DNA of 41,639 bases from positions 1-41,639 of IMG/VR virus record IMGVR_UViG_3300005611_001957, one strand, 5' to 3'. A program made the translations under genes and the position numbers. Each line of letters begins with the position of its first letter. The first letter of the stretch is position 1. The notes beneath the pieces are model-generated. The model saw nothing but the letters and a program-made list of their open reading frames with translations, was not told where the DNA came from and ran no database searches. This stretch comes from a virus. Taxonomy: Duplodnaviria; Caudoviricetes. Positions 17,620 to 26,881 of this stretch are shown one piece after another.

Positions 17620-18265
17620 ATTTTCTTTTATAAAGGTATTCTGCCATTTGGAATTCAATCATTTCATCTATTTCAATTGATTCCCCATCGGATACCTCAA
17701 AAAATAAACATTTATCCGTTATAACATTTTTATGCTCAAGTAAAGAAGATACTTTAACAATCATGACGTTAAATGTAGGAAACAATATAGGTTCAAGATT
17801 CTGTGAATTTGGTGTATTCTTTAAGTCATAGTTAAGTGGACATCCACGAAACCACGTGTGTTTTTTAACGAGTTGAACAGTCATTAACGAATCAAATTGC
17901 TCAACGTTTTCACTGAACTCATTAAGAACATTGAATAGTGTATCATCATCTAATAGAGGAGCGGTTGGTTGTAGTATCATTATATATTCTGTATCAACAG
18001 AGGAACCCAAATATTCATAATACTCACTGTTGTTACATTTAGAACTAGCATAATATTCGGGTCTTTCAACGAAACCAACTCCATTTTCTTCTGCCATTCT
18101 TTTAGCTACATCACTATCAGAATTTACTACGACTGAAAGATTTAGTTTCTTAGCTTGATTTATTTTTATTTCCAATAGAGTGGAATCAGCGAATGGTCTA
18201 AAATTTTTATTTATAACCCTCGTTGAACCAGCCCTACATGGAATAACTACTGTAACATCTATCAT
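17606..18265 (-). CDS. Acylneuraminate/ulosonate cytidylyltransferase (NeuA/KdsB-like)
   Basis: IPCRAGSTRV.NKN, VNSDS, LQPTAPL, IEIDE. Confidence 0.88.
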   Translation of the reverse strand: MIDVTVVIPCRAGSTRVINKNFRPFADSTLLEIKINQAKKLNLSVVVNSDSDVAKRMAEENGVGFVERPEYYASSKCNNSEYYEYLGSSVDTEYIMILQPTAPLLDDDTLFNVLNEFSENVEQFDSLMTVQLVKKHTWFRGCPLNYDLKNTPNSQNLEPILFPTFNVMIVKVSSLLEHKNVITDKCLFFEVSDGESIEIDEMIEFQMAEYLYKRKYENT

Positions 18266-19236
18266 AACAAGTTAAGGTTTTTCATTTGTTCCAACGTCGT
18301 ATCCCATCCATCAAAACGAATTCCCTTATCATCGATATATGCAACTGCTCTTGGTTTTTCAGATGTTACTTTTGTAATGTATTTATCAAAGCCATATTTT
18401 TGTAACCACTCTGTGACCAATTCAAGTCCCGTTTTACCATTAACCAATCCTCTATCTGCTCTAGCTTTTACTGTATAACAAACCAATGTATATTTTTCTG
18501 ATAATTCCTTTAATGCTTCTTCTACTCCCTCAACGGGTTCATCGTAAATAGTTCCATCGAAGTAACCCTTTGAGTTTTTATGAATCACATTATCAAAATC
18601 GATTCCTAAGTTTTGAGTTTCATCGGGATATGAATGTTCACGGATTCCTTTATTCCAATTAAGTTCTTTAATATCGGTTGGTTTGTTTTTGTTAATAGGT
18701 GGACAAACATTACCTGAACCATGTGTTAATTCATAAGTCAATAACAAAGTTAGAACTTCTGCCGTATGATAAAAATCAGCCCCTAATTCAACAATAGAAC
18801 AGTTATTTACTTTTTCTGTTAATGAATATGATGTAATACACGCCACATTACAACCACGAGCATTACTCCATTGGAGAGCTTTGATAATATCTTTACTTTT
18901 ACCCGATGAACTAATACCAAGAACAAGTGTTTTTTCAATTTGTTCTTTCGTTCTGTTTCTTGTATTAGCTTCCATCCAAGCCACCATCCACTCATCCCAA
19001 CTCGTATCATTGATAAGAGATGTTGCTAAAATGGCGGAGCCGGGTGCCATAGCTAATCGTTGACCATTTGATAATCGTGTAATATCAGCTGCTGCGTGGT
19101 CAGCCACAGCCAAGTTACCACCGTGTCCAAGTAAAAATATAGTTTCAGCCTCATTAAACTTTTGTTGTAAATCCGCCCATTCTTGTGTGTTAATAACACT
19201 CTCGAATTTTCCAATTAAATTTTCGTAGTTTAACAT
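18262..19236 (-). CDS. SIS (GmhA-like sugar-phosphate isomerase) fused to HAD phosphatase
   Basis: GHGGNLAVADH.A.D, ND, GISSSGKS in the N-terminal half; GIDFDNVIH...KP.A..YIDDKG in the C-terminal half. Confidence 0.85.
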   Translation of the reverse strand: MLNYENLIGKFESVINTQEWADLQQKFNEAETIFLLGHGGNLAVADHAAADITRLSNGQRLAMAPGSAILATSLINDTSWDEWMVAWMEANTRNRTKEQIEKTLVLGISSSGKSKDIIKALQWSNARGCNVACITSYSLTEKVNNCSIVELGADFYHTAEVLTLLLTYELTHGSGNVCPPINKNKPTDIKELNWNKGIREHSYPDETQNLGIDFDNVIHKNSKGYFDGTIYDEPVEGVEEALKELSEKYTLVCYTVKARADRGLVNGKTGLELVTEWLQKYGFDKYITKVTSEKPRAVAYIDDKGIRFDGWDTTLEQMKNLNLL

Positions 19237-19242
19237 ATTGTA

Positions 19243-19270
19243 TTTTATTAAGTTTTATTAAGTTTTATTA
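19243..19270. repeat. 10-bp tandem repeat, ~2.8 copies
   Basis: ttttatta agttttatta agttttatta, spanning the short intergenic gap. Confidence 0.7.
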
Positions 19271-20092
19271 TATATCTAATTTACCTATTATTTCATCACC
19301 ATCCAAAATATCGGATTGTATCTCCGCAAATCTCTTCTCTAAAAATTCAGGGCCTGATTGGTTGTGCTGTCTTTTACATTCATTGTAGATTGTAAGATTT
19401 TCTCTGTAAATATCTTGCATTGATTTCAAGTCCAAATAATGAAGATGAATGAGATACAGTCCATCGTATAATTTATCTAACTCTATATTATCACCGTGTG
19501 GATATCCACCAGCCTGATGCTTACCAGCATCCCAACTTATTTTAGCTCTTGTTATTGTTGGTTTATTTTTAGAACCATAATATCTAATTTTACTTCTTTG
19601 TTCTTTTATTTTTTTAGAAAAATCAAAATCAGCTTCATTTTCCAAATCGTGTATTATTTCAACACCACGTGGTCTGATTACATCGCCCTCAAATTCTTGT
19701 AATACATTACCCAAGTCGTCGTGGTAAATTAGTTCATCGATATCCATCCAAACCACAACGTTTATACCTTCATCTAATAATCGATGCTGAATCCAATTAT
19801 GATAATCCCTAGCGTAATCTGTAAATGTTTGGTAATCCTGTGGAGATTCTTTTTCATTTATTAACAAAATACTTTTACTTACATCGGTATCATTTTTTAT
19901 ATCATTTAGGATGTCAACTTCAATATCATAATTATTCCTTAAATAATCAACCACATAACCAGCATCTAATTTTGTATCAGATGCGAAAAGAAAATCATTC
20001 TTTCCGAAAAAACGAAGATGATGTTTTATCCAAAAATCGAACAGATAGTTTGGTTTTCTATCAATATGTGTGCAAAGTTTAATCTTTCTCAT
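19268..20092 (-). CDS. Putative glycosyltransferase (GT2_4/GT92-like)
   Basis: FWIKHH, VVWMDIDELI, K...W.AGKH, LIHLHY; start moved to the ATG at 20092 (ATGA overlap). Confidence 0.7.
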   Translation of the reverse strand: MRKIKLCTHIDRKPNYLFDFWIKHHLRFFGKNDFLFASDTKLDAGYVVDYLRNNYDIEVDILNDIKNDTDVSKSILLINEKESPQDYQTFTDYARDYHNWIQHRLLDEGINVVVWMDIDELIYHDDLGNVLQEFEGDVIRPRGVEIIHDLENEADFDFSKKIKEQRSKIRYYGSKNKPTITRAKISWDAGKHQAGGYPHGDNIELDKLYDGLYLIHLHYLDLKSMQDIYRENLTIYNECKRQHNQSGPEFLEKRFAEIQSDILDGDEIIGKLDI

Positions 20093-20457
20093 CTTTTTAT
20101 AACAAATGCCTTTCCACTTAAAATACAAATATCATCTCTAAATACCAATGTAGATAATGTATATTTTCCGTTTTCTTCTTCTATCTCGTTAATTCTATAC
20201 ACAAGTTTATCTCCTATATAACAAGGTAGTATAAAGTTTAGTTTTTGATTAACATAAATACTTCCTTCGCCGGGATAGTCGGTAGCTATTATCGTTGATA
20301 TGAAAGAAGAAACTAACATACCGTGAGCTATTCTTCTACCAAATCTACTATGTTTCGCGTAATCATCATCAAGATGTATTGGGTTTTTATCACCTGTTAG
20401 TTCAGCAAATGAACGAACCATTTCATCTGTAATAGTTATTTCTCTAACAACTTCCAT
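20089..20457 (-). CDS. MaoC family (R)-hydratase/dehydratase
   Basis: FAELTGDKNPIHLD...RIAHGML...PGEG. Confidence 0.92.
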   Translation of the reverse strand: MEVVREITITDEMVRSFAELTGDKNPIHLDDDYAKHSRFGRRIAHGMLVSSFISTIIATDYPGEGSIYVNQKLNFILPCYIGDKLVYRINEIEEENGKYTLSTLVFRDDICILSGKAFVIKR

Positions 20458-20993
20458 TCTAATTCTTTTAGGTTCCTTTTTCTATCTTTCAGAACTTTTG
20501 CTGGATTACCAACAACGATTTTATATTCATCCACTGATTTAGTCACAAGAGAAAGAGAACCAACAGCCACTCCTTCTTCTAATACTACATTTGGTAAGAT
20601 AACAGAACCTGCTCCAACTATCACGTGTTTTTTAAGATGAACATCACCGTGAGATACATTCGTATGTTCCGATGGAACTGTTGGGTTAGTTAGAAAATTA
20701 CCCGAATAATCATCATTGGATGAGTATATTGAAACCCGAGATGATAATCCCGAGAAGTCTTCCATCACTACTCTACCGTTTCCAATGATAGAACAAAAAA
20801 CAGCGATATGAACATAATTTTCTATTTTAATCCCACCCTCACCAGCACTCAAAATACAGTAATCATCTATTCTAACGTTATCTCCTATTTCAATATTAGT
20901 TGGATTATAAAATGTTGCCTTATCTGAAATTTTTACATTATTTCCAACACTTTTAAGGTTAAGTTTATTTAATTGTGATTTTGATAAAAACAT
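20436..20993 (-). CDS. Hexapeptide (LbH) acyltransferase
   Basis: IGDNVRIDD, VIVGAGSVILP, VGNPAK. Confidence 0.9.
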   Translation of the reverse strand: MFLSKSQLNKLNLKSVGNNVKISDKATFYNPTNIEIGDNVRIDDYCILSAGEGGIKIENYVHIAVFCSIIGNGRVVMEDFSGLSSRVSIYSSNDDYSGNFLTNPTVPSEHTNVSHGDVHLKKHVIVGAGSVILPNVVLEEGVAVGSLSLVTKSVDEYKIVVGNPAKVLKDRKRNLKELEWKLLEK

Positions 20994-21622
20994 TATTGTG
21001 TATAAATTTTGTATTTACTTAAATCAGGATATGGTAATTCCAAATCCTCATTTTCTCTTTTACTACCATCCATATAATAAAATTGATTCATTAATAACAA
21101 TCCCCTCGCCGCGAGTTCCGGCATCATATAGAAATTCCAACCTAACATATCAAAATGGTCTTCATGGTATGAACATTCTCTCCTACCACTATATCTTGCT
21201 CTCTTAAACCAAAGATAAGCTTCGTAATCATCCGTTAGAATTGCTCCACCTTTGGATAACTTAAAATGCTTATAAGGGCCTGTAAAGGATATACACATAT
21301 GAGTATTTGGTATATACATATCAGCCGTAAATCTCAATGCTGAATCCCATACATTAGAACCTTTTAATTGATATGCTCCTTTTATTGTTTTTCCTTCAAC
21401 ATTCTCAAATTTAACCTTACCACCAGCGTGAATAATTTCACACGGAACTGATGGATAAGTTCTTGATGGTATGGTAATTTCTTTTCCCTCGATATTTTCA
21501 TATTTAAGAGCTAAGAACAAAGCATTGGATGCATTATCAACTGTAACTACATACCTAGCTCCTGTGTAGTCAGTCAATTTTTCCTCAAACTCTTCCGTAA
21601 CTTTGTAAATACCATTAGCCAT
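20993..21622 (-). CDS. DegT/DnrJ/EryC1/StrS aminotransferase, short form
   Basis: FEE.L..Y.GA, N.S.AL.LAL, DSA, SF..YK....GGAILTDD, GWNFYM; only 209 aa. Confidence 0.8.
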   Translation of the reverse strand: MANGIYKVTEEFEEKLTDYTGARYVVTVDNASNALFLALKYENIEGKEITIPSRTYPSVPCEIIHAGGKVKFENVEGKTIKGAYQLKGSNVWDSALRFTADMYIPNTHMCISFTGPYKHFKLSKGGAILTDDYEAYLWFKRARYSGRRECSYHEDHFDMLGWNFYMMPELAARGLLLMNQFYYMDGSKRENEDLELPYPDLSKYKIYTQ

Positions 21623-22470
21623 TATAATGAATCAATGTAAGATTTTAGTTTATCAGTTGGTTTCCACCCTAAACGATATAAAGAATCATCGTTCTTTCTT
21701 AATGTTACTCTATAATTTCCCCGTTGGTCAGGGATGTATTTCACCTTACACTTAAATTTATCAACAAAGAATTGTGCTACGTGATTGATAGAATAGTTTA
21801 CACCTGTCCCTAATTCCCAAGCATCTTCGTGGTAGTAATCTAAGTTACCTATCTTAACCAAACCATCTACAATGTCATCAACGTGTGTGAAGTCTCTACG
21901 TTGTTCGCCATCACCAACAATAGCCAATGGTTCACCATCTCGTATCTGTCTTCTCCAAATTCCAATTACTGCTGCCCAATCTCCATCAACAATTTCCATT
22001 GGGCCGTAAACATTGTAGAACCTAACAATATCTATGTGTAAGTTATATACCTTACGATACATCTTACATATCTCTTCACCCAAGTGTTTGTATGTAGCGT
22101 AGGGTGATTGGTGAGGGTCATGCCATTTAGATGATGAACCTGCGTATATAAGTTTAACATTGTATGTTCTAGCCCAATCAGCGACTATTTGAGTTCCAAA
22201 TGTATTAACTCTAAATGTTTCATCAGGGTCAGTAAATGATGGTTGGATACGAGATAAAGCGGCTAAATGATAACACACATCAAAATCACTACCATCAATG
22301 ATGTGTAAATCTTCTATATCACAATAATGATAAACACACCCCTCTACCTCATACTCTTTATATCCAGTTGATAAATCATCTAATGAATGAACTTCATTCC
22401 CCCCATCAACTAATCGTTTTATGAGATTAGCTCCTATAAAACCATTACCACCTGTAACTAATATTTTCAT
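21622..22470 (-). CDS. NAD-dependent epimerase/dehydratase
   Basis: VTGGNGFIG, YATYK, RFYNVYGP, GDGEQRRDFTHVDD. Confidence 0.92.
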   Translation of the reverse strand: MKILVTGGNGFIGANLIKRLVDGGNEVHSLDDLSTGYKEYEVEGCVYHYCDIEDLHIIDGSDFDVCYHLAALSRIQPSFTDPDETFRVNTFGTQIVADWARTYNVKLIYAGSSSKWHDPHQSPYATYKHLGEEICKMYRKVYNLHIDIVRFYNVYGPMEIVDGDWAAVIGIWRRQIRDGEPLAIVGDGEQRRDFTHVDDIVDGLVKIGNLDYYHEDAWELGTGVNYSINHVAQFFVDKFKCKVKYIPDQRGNYRVTLRKNDDSLYRLGWKPTDKLKSYIDSL

Positions 22471-22775
22471 TATCGGACGATTCCAATCAGTTGATGTTCG
22501 TTGAAAAGAATATACTTTTCATCTCCAACTTGTATGTCGTTGGTAGCTTGGGACTTTTCGTACACAACCGTATCACCAACTTGAACAGTCATTGGGATTC
22601 GTTCACCGTTCTGTGACCAAATACCTGTACCAACAGATACAACTGTACCGTGAACTTTTCTACCTGATGTGATTGCATCTGATATAATGATACCTGACTT
22701 TGTTGTTGTTTCTTCTTCAACGTTAGTTGGTTTGACCAATACTCGGTCACCTAGTGGTTTGAATTTTCCTTCCAT
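22470..22775 (-). CDS. groES: Co-chaperonin GroES
   Basis: KPLGDRVLV, TKSGIII, G.VV.VG.G, V.VGD.V. Confidence 0.93.
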   Translation of the reverse strand: MEGKFKPLGDRVLVKPTNVEEETTTKSGIIISDAITSGRKVHGTVVSVGTGIWSQNGERIPMTVQVGDTVVYEKSQATNDIQVGDEKYILFNEHQLIGIVR

Positions 22776-22777
22776 AA

Positions 22778-23392
22778 TTATAGTGTGTTATAGTAACTGT
22801 TTTGTTTTTCTTGTCTGTCAATATTCTTGTGATGGTATAATGATAGTTCTTCATACGCAGGAAGTCGGGTGAATAACCTAAACCCTACAATACTTTCGTG
22901 TACCTTACTAGTCCATTTAATTCGTTTTGAGTTTTTGTATATTCTACTTTGATAGTCGGGGTAATTAACCCAACCTGATTGATTTTGTGACCAACCCCAT
23001 TTTTCTATGTGTTCTGTTGTAATACCACTAACTGTATTTACACGTGGTATGTAGTATAAATCAACAGGTTGTTCTTCAATCATAGAATGTAAGTTTTCCA
23101 TCAATAACTTATGTGGTACTTCATCTGCGTCAATCTGAAAGATATAATCATTTTTACAAAAATCAGACAGTTTGTTTTTCCATTCTGCAAAATGTCCTGT
23201 GAATGTATCTTTGTATACTCTAATACCACCAATGTGTTCCAAATAAGTTAATACATCATCATCTTCTTTTGACTCATCAAACAAAACAACTACTTCGTCT
23301 TGTGGTTGTTTATGTTCTAATAAAAATGGGATAAGTGTTTTAATTTCATCAAGTTCGTCACATACGGTGACTGCGTAACTAATACTAATCAT
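22778..23392 (-). CDS. Glycosyltransferase family 2
   Basis: F...KN, YIFQIDADE, PDYQ.R, W...VHE. Confidence 0.85.
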   Translation of the reverse strand: MISISYAVTVCDELDEIKTLIPFLLEHKQPQDEVVVLFDESKEDDDVLTYLEHIGGIRVYKDTFTGHFAEWKNKLSDFCKNDYIFQIDADEVPHKLLMENLHSMIEEQPVDLYYIPRVNTVSGITTEHIEKWGWSQNQSGWVNYPDYQSRIYKNSKRIKWTSKVHESIVGFRLFTRLPAYEELSLYHHKNIDRQEKQNSYYNTL

Positions 23393-23907
23393 AGTTGTTC
23401 TGATTCGTTATCGTTTAATTCTTCGGTTAACTTGCGTGGATTTGTTATTCTCCACTTTTTGTAGAGTTCCACGATATTACTTTCATCGTATGGAATATAC
23501 TTAATTGTTTTAATGTTTTCAATTTTTAATGTTTTATATGGTCTATTTTTCATCAAAAGTTTATCTCGTTTCACCTTTGACTCATAAAAACTTGTACCAA
23601 TTCTAATATTGGGTTTGAATAAACCTTTTTTATTTTTTATGTTTTTATAGAGTATTTCAGGGTCTGTTTGTTTATTTTCTAAATAAAATTTTTCAAATAT
23701 AAATTCATCTATCAAGGATAAATCAAGACAATGAAATGTTTTACCGTCAAGGGCAGGATGTAACACAAATACATCATATTTCTTTACTTTATCACTACCT
23801 TTATACATAACTTCTACCAAAGAACCATAGTCAACTTTAGACACAGGAATTAGTCTTCGTTTGTTATCTAAGTACTCTCTTCTTAGTTTAAGTTGAAATG
23901 ATGCCAT
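23389..23907 (-). CDS. Hypothetical basic protein (weak resemblance to T4 gp2 DNA end protector)
   Basis: Coupled ORF; Y...K.YD..VL...F..LDL pattern only loosely resembles gp2. Confidence 0.55.
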   Translation of the reverse strand: MASFQLKLRREYLDNKRRLIPVSKVDYGSLVEVMYKGSDKVKKYDVFVLHPALDGKTFHCLDLSLIDEFIFEKFYLENKQTDPEILYKNIKNKKGLFKPNIRIGTSFYESKVKRDKLLMKNRPYKTLKIENIKTIKYIPYDESNIVELYKKWRITNPRKLTEELNDNESEQL

Positions 23908-25211
23908 TACTCAACTTTTTTTAATTTTGGTAGATTTGGTAAGTTCAACTGTATTTCTTTTGGAAACTCGGGAATGTTACTATCAATAATCTCTCCAAGT
24001 TTTTCAGTCATTTTACTTAGTGTGAATTTTTTGTTTTTCTTTCTAAGTATTTCTGCGTTTTTCTTATACTTTTTGTAGTTTTTAAATACTTCCTTAAACG
24101 CTTTCTTACCGTGGTTGGTATCAACATATAACCATTTACTTTCAGGTATGATTACTTTGTCCCATACTGCAGATTGATGTACGTTTTGTAGTTGACCACC
24201 TAATAGAACGGCGTGTTCTTTATCCAAGAAATCCATATGCCCACTCCACGCGGGGACAATCAATGGTTTACCTGTTTGTGTAAACTCTAACAATGGTCTA
24301 CCAAACCCTTCACCTTTAGTAAATGATACCATTGATTTTACTTTTGGGTGGTTGTATAAGTTATTCATCTCTTTGTCAGTTAAGTCACCGTGTAATAAAT
24401 AAATATTAGGTGTTTTACCTCCGACGGAGTTTTTTACCATTTTTATTTTCTCTACCATAGTTTCTCTGTCTAAAACAGAAAACGTAGCAGATGAAGTTTT
24501 GAGTATTAACGCAGGTTGGTCTGATGATGTTTTGAATGATTCACAAAAAGTTTTAATCATTGTTGCTACATCTTTTCTATCGTGTCCAAAGTCACCCTTT
24601 AACCAATGACCTACAAATAAAAATGCAAAGTTTTCTTTTACTTTACTCAACTCATCAATCAACATTACATCTTCTATGTCGTGTGTCTTGTTAGTAAAAA
24701 TAGTTTCATCAAAACCTTCAAATAAAACTTCAATGGGTTTTTCTATTTTCAATTCTTGTTGTTGACCTGTGTTGTCATTTTTTACGGTGTACACCGATTG
24801 AATGAATGCTTCTTTTGAGTGGTCAGATGGTACAATGTTTATATCCATTCGGTTCATACCTTGTATCCATTCCGAAGAAACTGCACTTGTCTCAATCCCC
24901 GCAGTTATACCAACGTTCCATTTACCCAATCGTTGAAATTCATTCGGTACAGTTACTTGAACCCATACATCGGGTTGTTTTGGTAGTTGTAACTTACCTT
25001 CTTTGAATTGTGCCAAACTTGATTCTATCCATTGGTGAAATTCATTAGTGTCATCAAGAGCGTTCATTGGAGTATTACCCCACTTCTGTGATACAATTTG
25101 TATGTCAAATTTATCTAAATCTCTAAGTGAACGTAAGATGTCTCGTGCGTGGTCACCGTAACCACTACGAGTTGTAATAGGTGCCGAATATACTAAAAAT
25201 GGTTTACTCAT
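23907..25211 (-). CDS. Glycosyltransferase family 4 (GT-B)
   Basis: SGYG, FLFVG...RKD, GEGFGRPLLE...GKP, WSGH.DF. Confidence 0.9.
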   Translation of the reverse strand: MSKPFLVYSAPITTRSGYGDHARDILRSLRDLDKFDIQIVSQKWGNTPMNALDDTNEFHQWIESSLAQFKEGKLQLPKQPDVWVQVTVPNEFQRLGKWNVGITAGIETSAVSSEWIQGMNRMDINIVPSDHSKEAFIQSVYTVKNDNTGQQQELKIEKPIEVLFEGFDETIFTNKTHDIEDVMLIDELSKVKENFAFLFVGHWLKGDFGHDRKDVATMIKTFCESFKTSSDQPALILKTSSATFSVLDRETMVEKIKMVKNSVGGKTPNIYLLHGDLTDKEMNNLYNHPKVKSMVSFTKGEGFGRPLLEFTQTGKPLIVPAWSGHMDFLDKEHAVLLGGQLQNVHQSAVWDKVIIPESKWLYVDTNHGKKAFKEVFKNYKKYKKNAEILRKKNKKFTLSKMTEKLGEIIDSNIPEFPKEIQLNLPNLPKLKKVE

Positions 25212-26641
25212 ATCTTATTTAACTCAAATCGTTTTCTTGGTTTAAAATTCTCTATCTCCCGTGTCATTGATTCTTTGAATATATTACACATATTTTCTGC
25301 GTTTAATCCACCTTCATTCATCAACCATTCTCTTCCAACTAAACCTCTACGTTTTCTTTCTTCACGTCCAAGTATATAGTGTTCTTTAATGGTGTCGGTA
25401 ACATCATAGTTATCAACTCTGTCATCGTAAATATATGGTGTTGGTGGTGAACCTACTAAACTACGTGTCTGTGGCCACACAGGAGATGCCCACTCACCCC
25501 AAGTTACTTTACCCACCCACTCTCTCCAATGGTGTAGGGAACCAATCTCAACATAATCTTCTGCAGTTAAATATTCAAATTGTTCATTCATATTTGATGT
25601 TGCGACATTCCATTGGAATCCACAATGGTCTTGCATACCACCTGTAACATTTACAATAATGGGTGTTCCTGCAGCAATACTTTCAGCCGTACTTAGTCCA
25701 AATCCTTCATTAGATGAAATAAGTATTGTAGTGTCTGCGATGTTATATAAACAGTTAATTTGTTCTTGTGTTATTTTATCTGATGAAAATATAATATTAT
25801 CTGTGAATTCAGGTAATAAGTCTTTGACCACACGTGGTAAATCAGTACCATTCCCATCAACAGGTGTCGTATGTAACACCAAGTAACAATCATCACGTTC
25901 TTCTTTAGGTAATTCTAATAAAAAATCACGGAACGATATGATGATATCGGAAGTCATCTTTCTTCTAATGTTACGAGCGTTATAAAACAACACATAATTT
26001 GGGTCGTTACCCTTAAACAATTGTTTTTTAAACTCAATCATCAAGTCATAATCTTTATCCCCCTCTACAATGGGTCTATAAATATCGGTGTCTATTCCGT
26101 GTGGTACATAATCAACTTGAGTATCTTTTGGTTGGTTCCATTGTGATTGTTCAGTAGAACCCCATACTCGTTTTACAATACCGTATGTCTGTTTAGATAT
26201 ACAACCAATCCAATCACAACTTTCATAATAGTTTCTATTGTAAAGTGGGTCAGGTAAGTCGTCCCAAATATGGTAGAAAAAGATAGGAATATTTTGTCGT
26301 ATCTCGTGTTCCATATTGTATAACCACAACCATTGTCGGGGGTCGGTGAAGTGTAAGATTGCATCAGGTTTTTCATCATCTAACAACTTTCGTAATATGT
26401 TTTCATCACCATACCCACTCCAAGGATATATCTTAACCGATGCATCTTCTACACCTGACTGTTTTCTAGCATCTTCTGATAAATCAAACACTTTCCCTTG
26501 GTCAGGGTGTTTGACTGCCGCTCCTAACTGTACCCAATCAAACTTGTCTAAACTACCCAATACTATATGTTTAGAAACTGTACCTACTCCACTCGGTAAT
26601 CGTAAATCATCGGAGAGCAGTAGTATTTTTTTCTTACTCAT
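25208..26641 (-). CDS. Glycosyltransferase family 4 (GT-B)
   Basis: SGVG, VPHGID, RNIRRK, EGFGLSTAE..AAGTP....TGG. Confidence 0.9.
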   Translation of the reverse strand: MSKKKILLLSDDLRLPSGVGTVSKHIVLGSLDKFDWVQLGAAVKHPDQGKVFDLSEDARKQSGVEDASVKIYPWSGYGDENILRKLLDDEKPDAILHFTDPRQWLWLYNMEHEIRQNIPIFFYHIWDDLPDPLYNRNYYESCDWIGCISKQTYGIVKRVWGSTEQSQWNQPKDTQVDYVPHGIDTDIYRPIVEGDKDYDLMIEFKKQLFKGNDPNYVLFYNARNIRRKMTSDIIISFRDFLLELPKEERDDCYLVLHTTPVDGNGTDLPRVVKDLLPEFTDNIIFSSDKITQEQINCLYNIADTTILISSNEGFGLSTAESIAAGTPIIVNVTGGMQDHCGFQWNVATSNMNEQFEYLTAEDYVEIGSLHHWREWVGKVTWGEWASPVWPQTRSLVGSPPTPYIYDDRVDNYDVTDTIKEHYILGREERKRRGLVGREWLMNEGGLNAENMCNIFKESMTREIENFKPRKRFELNKI

Positions 26642-26644
26642 CTA

Positions 26645-26851
26645 CTATAACGTTTTATTATTGTGTTCTTCTTTTAGTGTCTCTAATTCGTGAATCATTG
26701 CCTTAAACTGTTCATCGTTTTCATACAAGTATAATGTTCTATTTACCAATTTTTGTAAAGTAAACTCTGTATCTAAACAGTCTTTTCTAAAGTTAGAATA
26801 TAACCCTTTTAATACTTTTACCGATGTTAATTTCAAGTCAACGTTTTTCAT
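26645..26851 (-). CDS. Small hypothetical protein (ribbon-helix-helix-like)
   Basis: KLTSVKV...LY..F...TLQKLVNR..LY beta-alpha-alpha pattern; start moved to the ATG at 26851. Confidence 0.6.
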   Translation of the reverse strand: MKNVDLKLTSVKVLKGLYSNFRKDCLDTEFTLQKLVNRTLYLYENDEQFKAMIHELETLKEEHNNKTL

Positions 26852-26872
26852 AACCTTTTGTATATACATATA

Positions 26873-26881
26873 TATAAATAT
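26873..26881 (-). promoter_or_regulatory. ATATTTATA motif at the head of the glycosylation island
   Basis: GATATTTATATATATG about 22 nt upstream of the ATG at 26851. Confidence 0.45.

Noticed and set aside
23389-23907. Firm call as T4 gp2 DNA end protector
   Set aside because: Resemblance is only a loose pattern and needs a profile search.
9984-26641. Bacterial chromosomal O-antigen/capsule locus
   Set aside because: Contiguous and coupled with T4-like phage genes, shares their site-avoidance pattern, and lacks export/polymerase genes.
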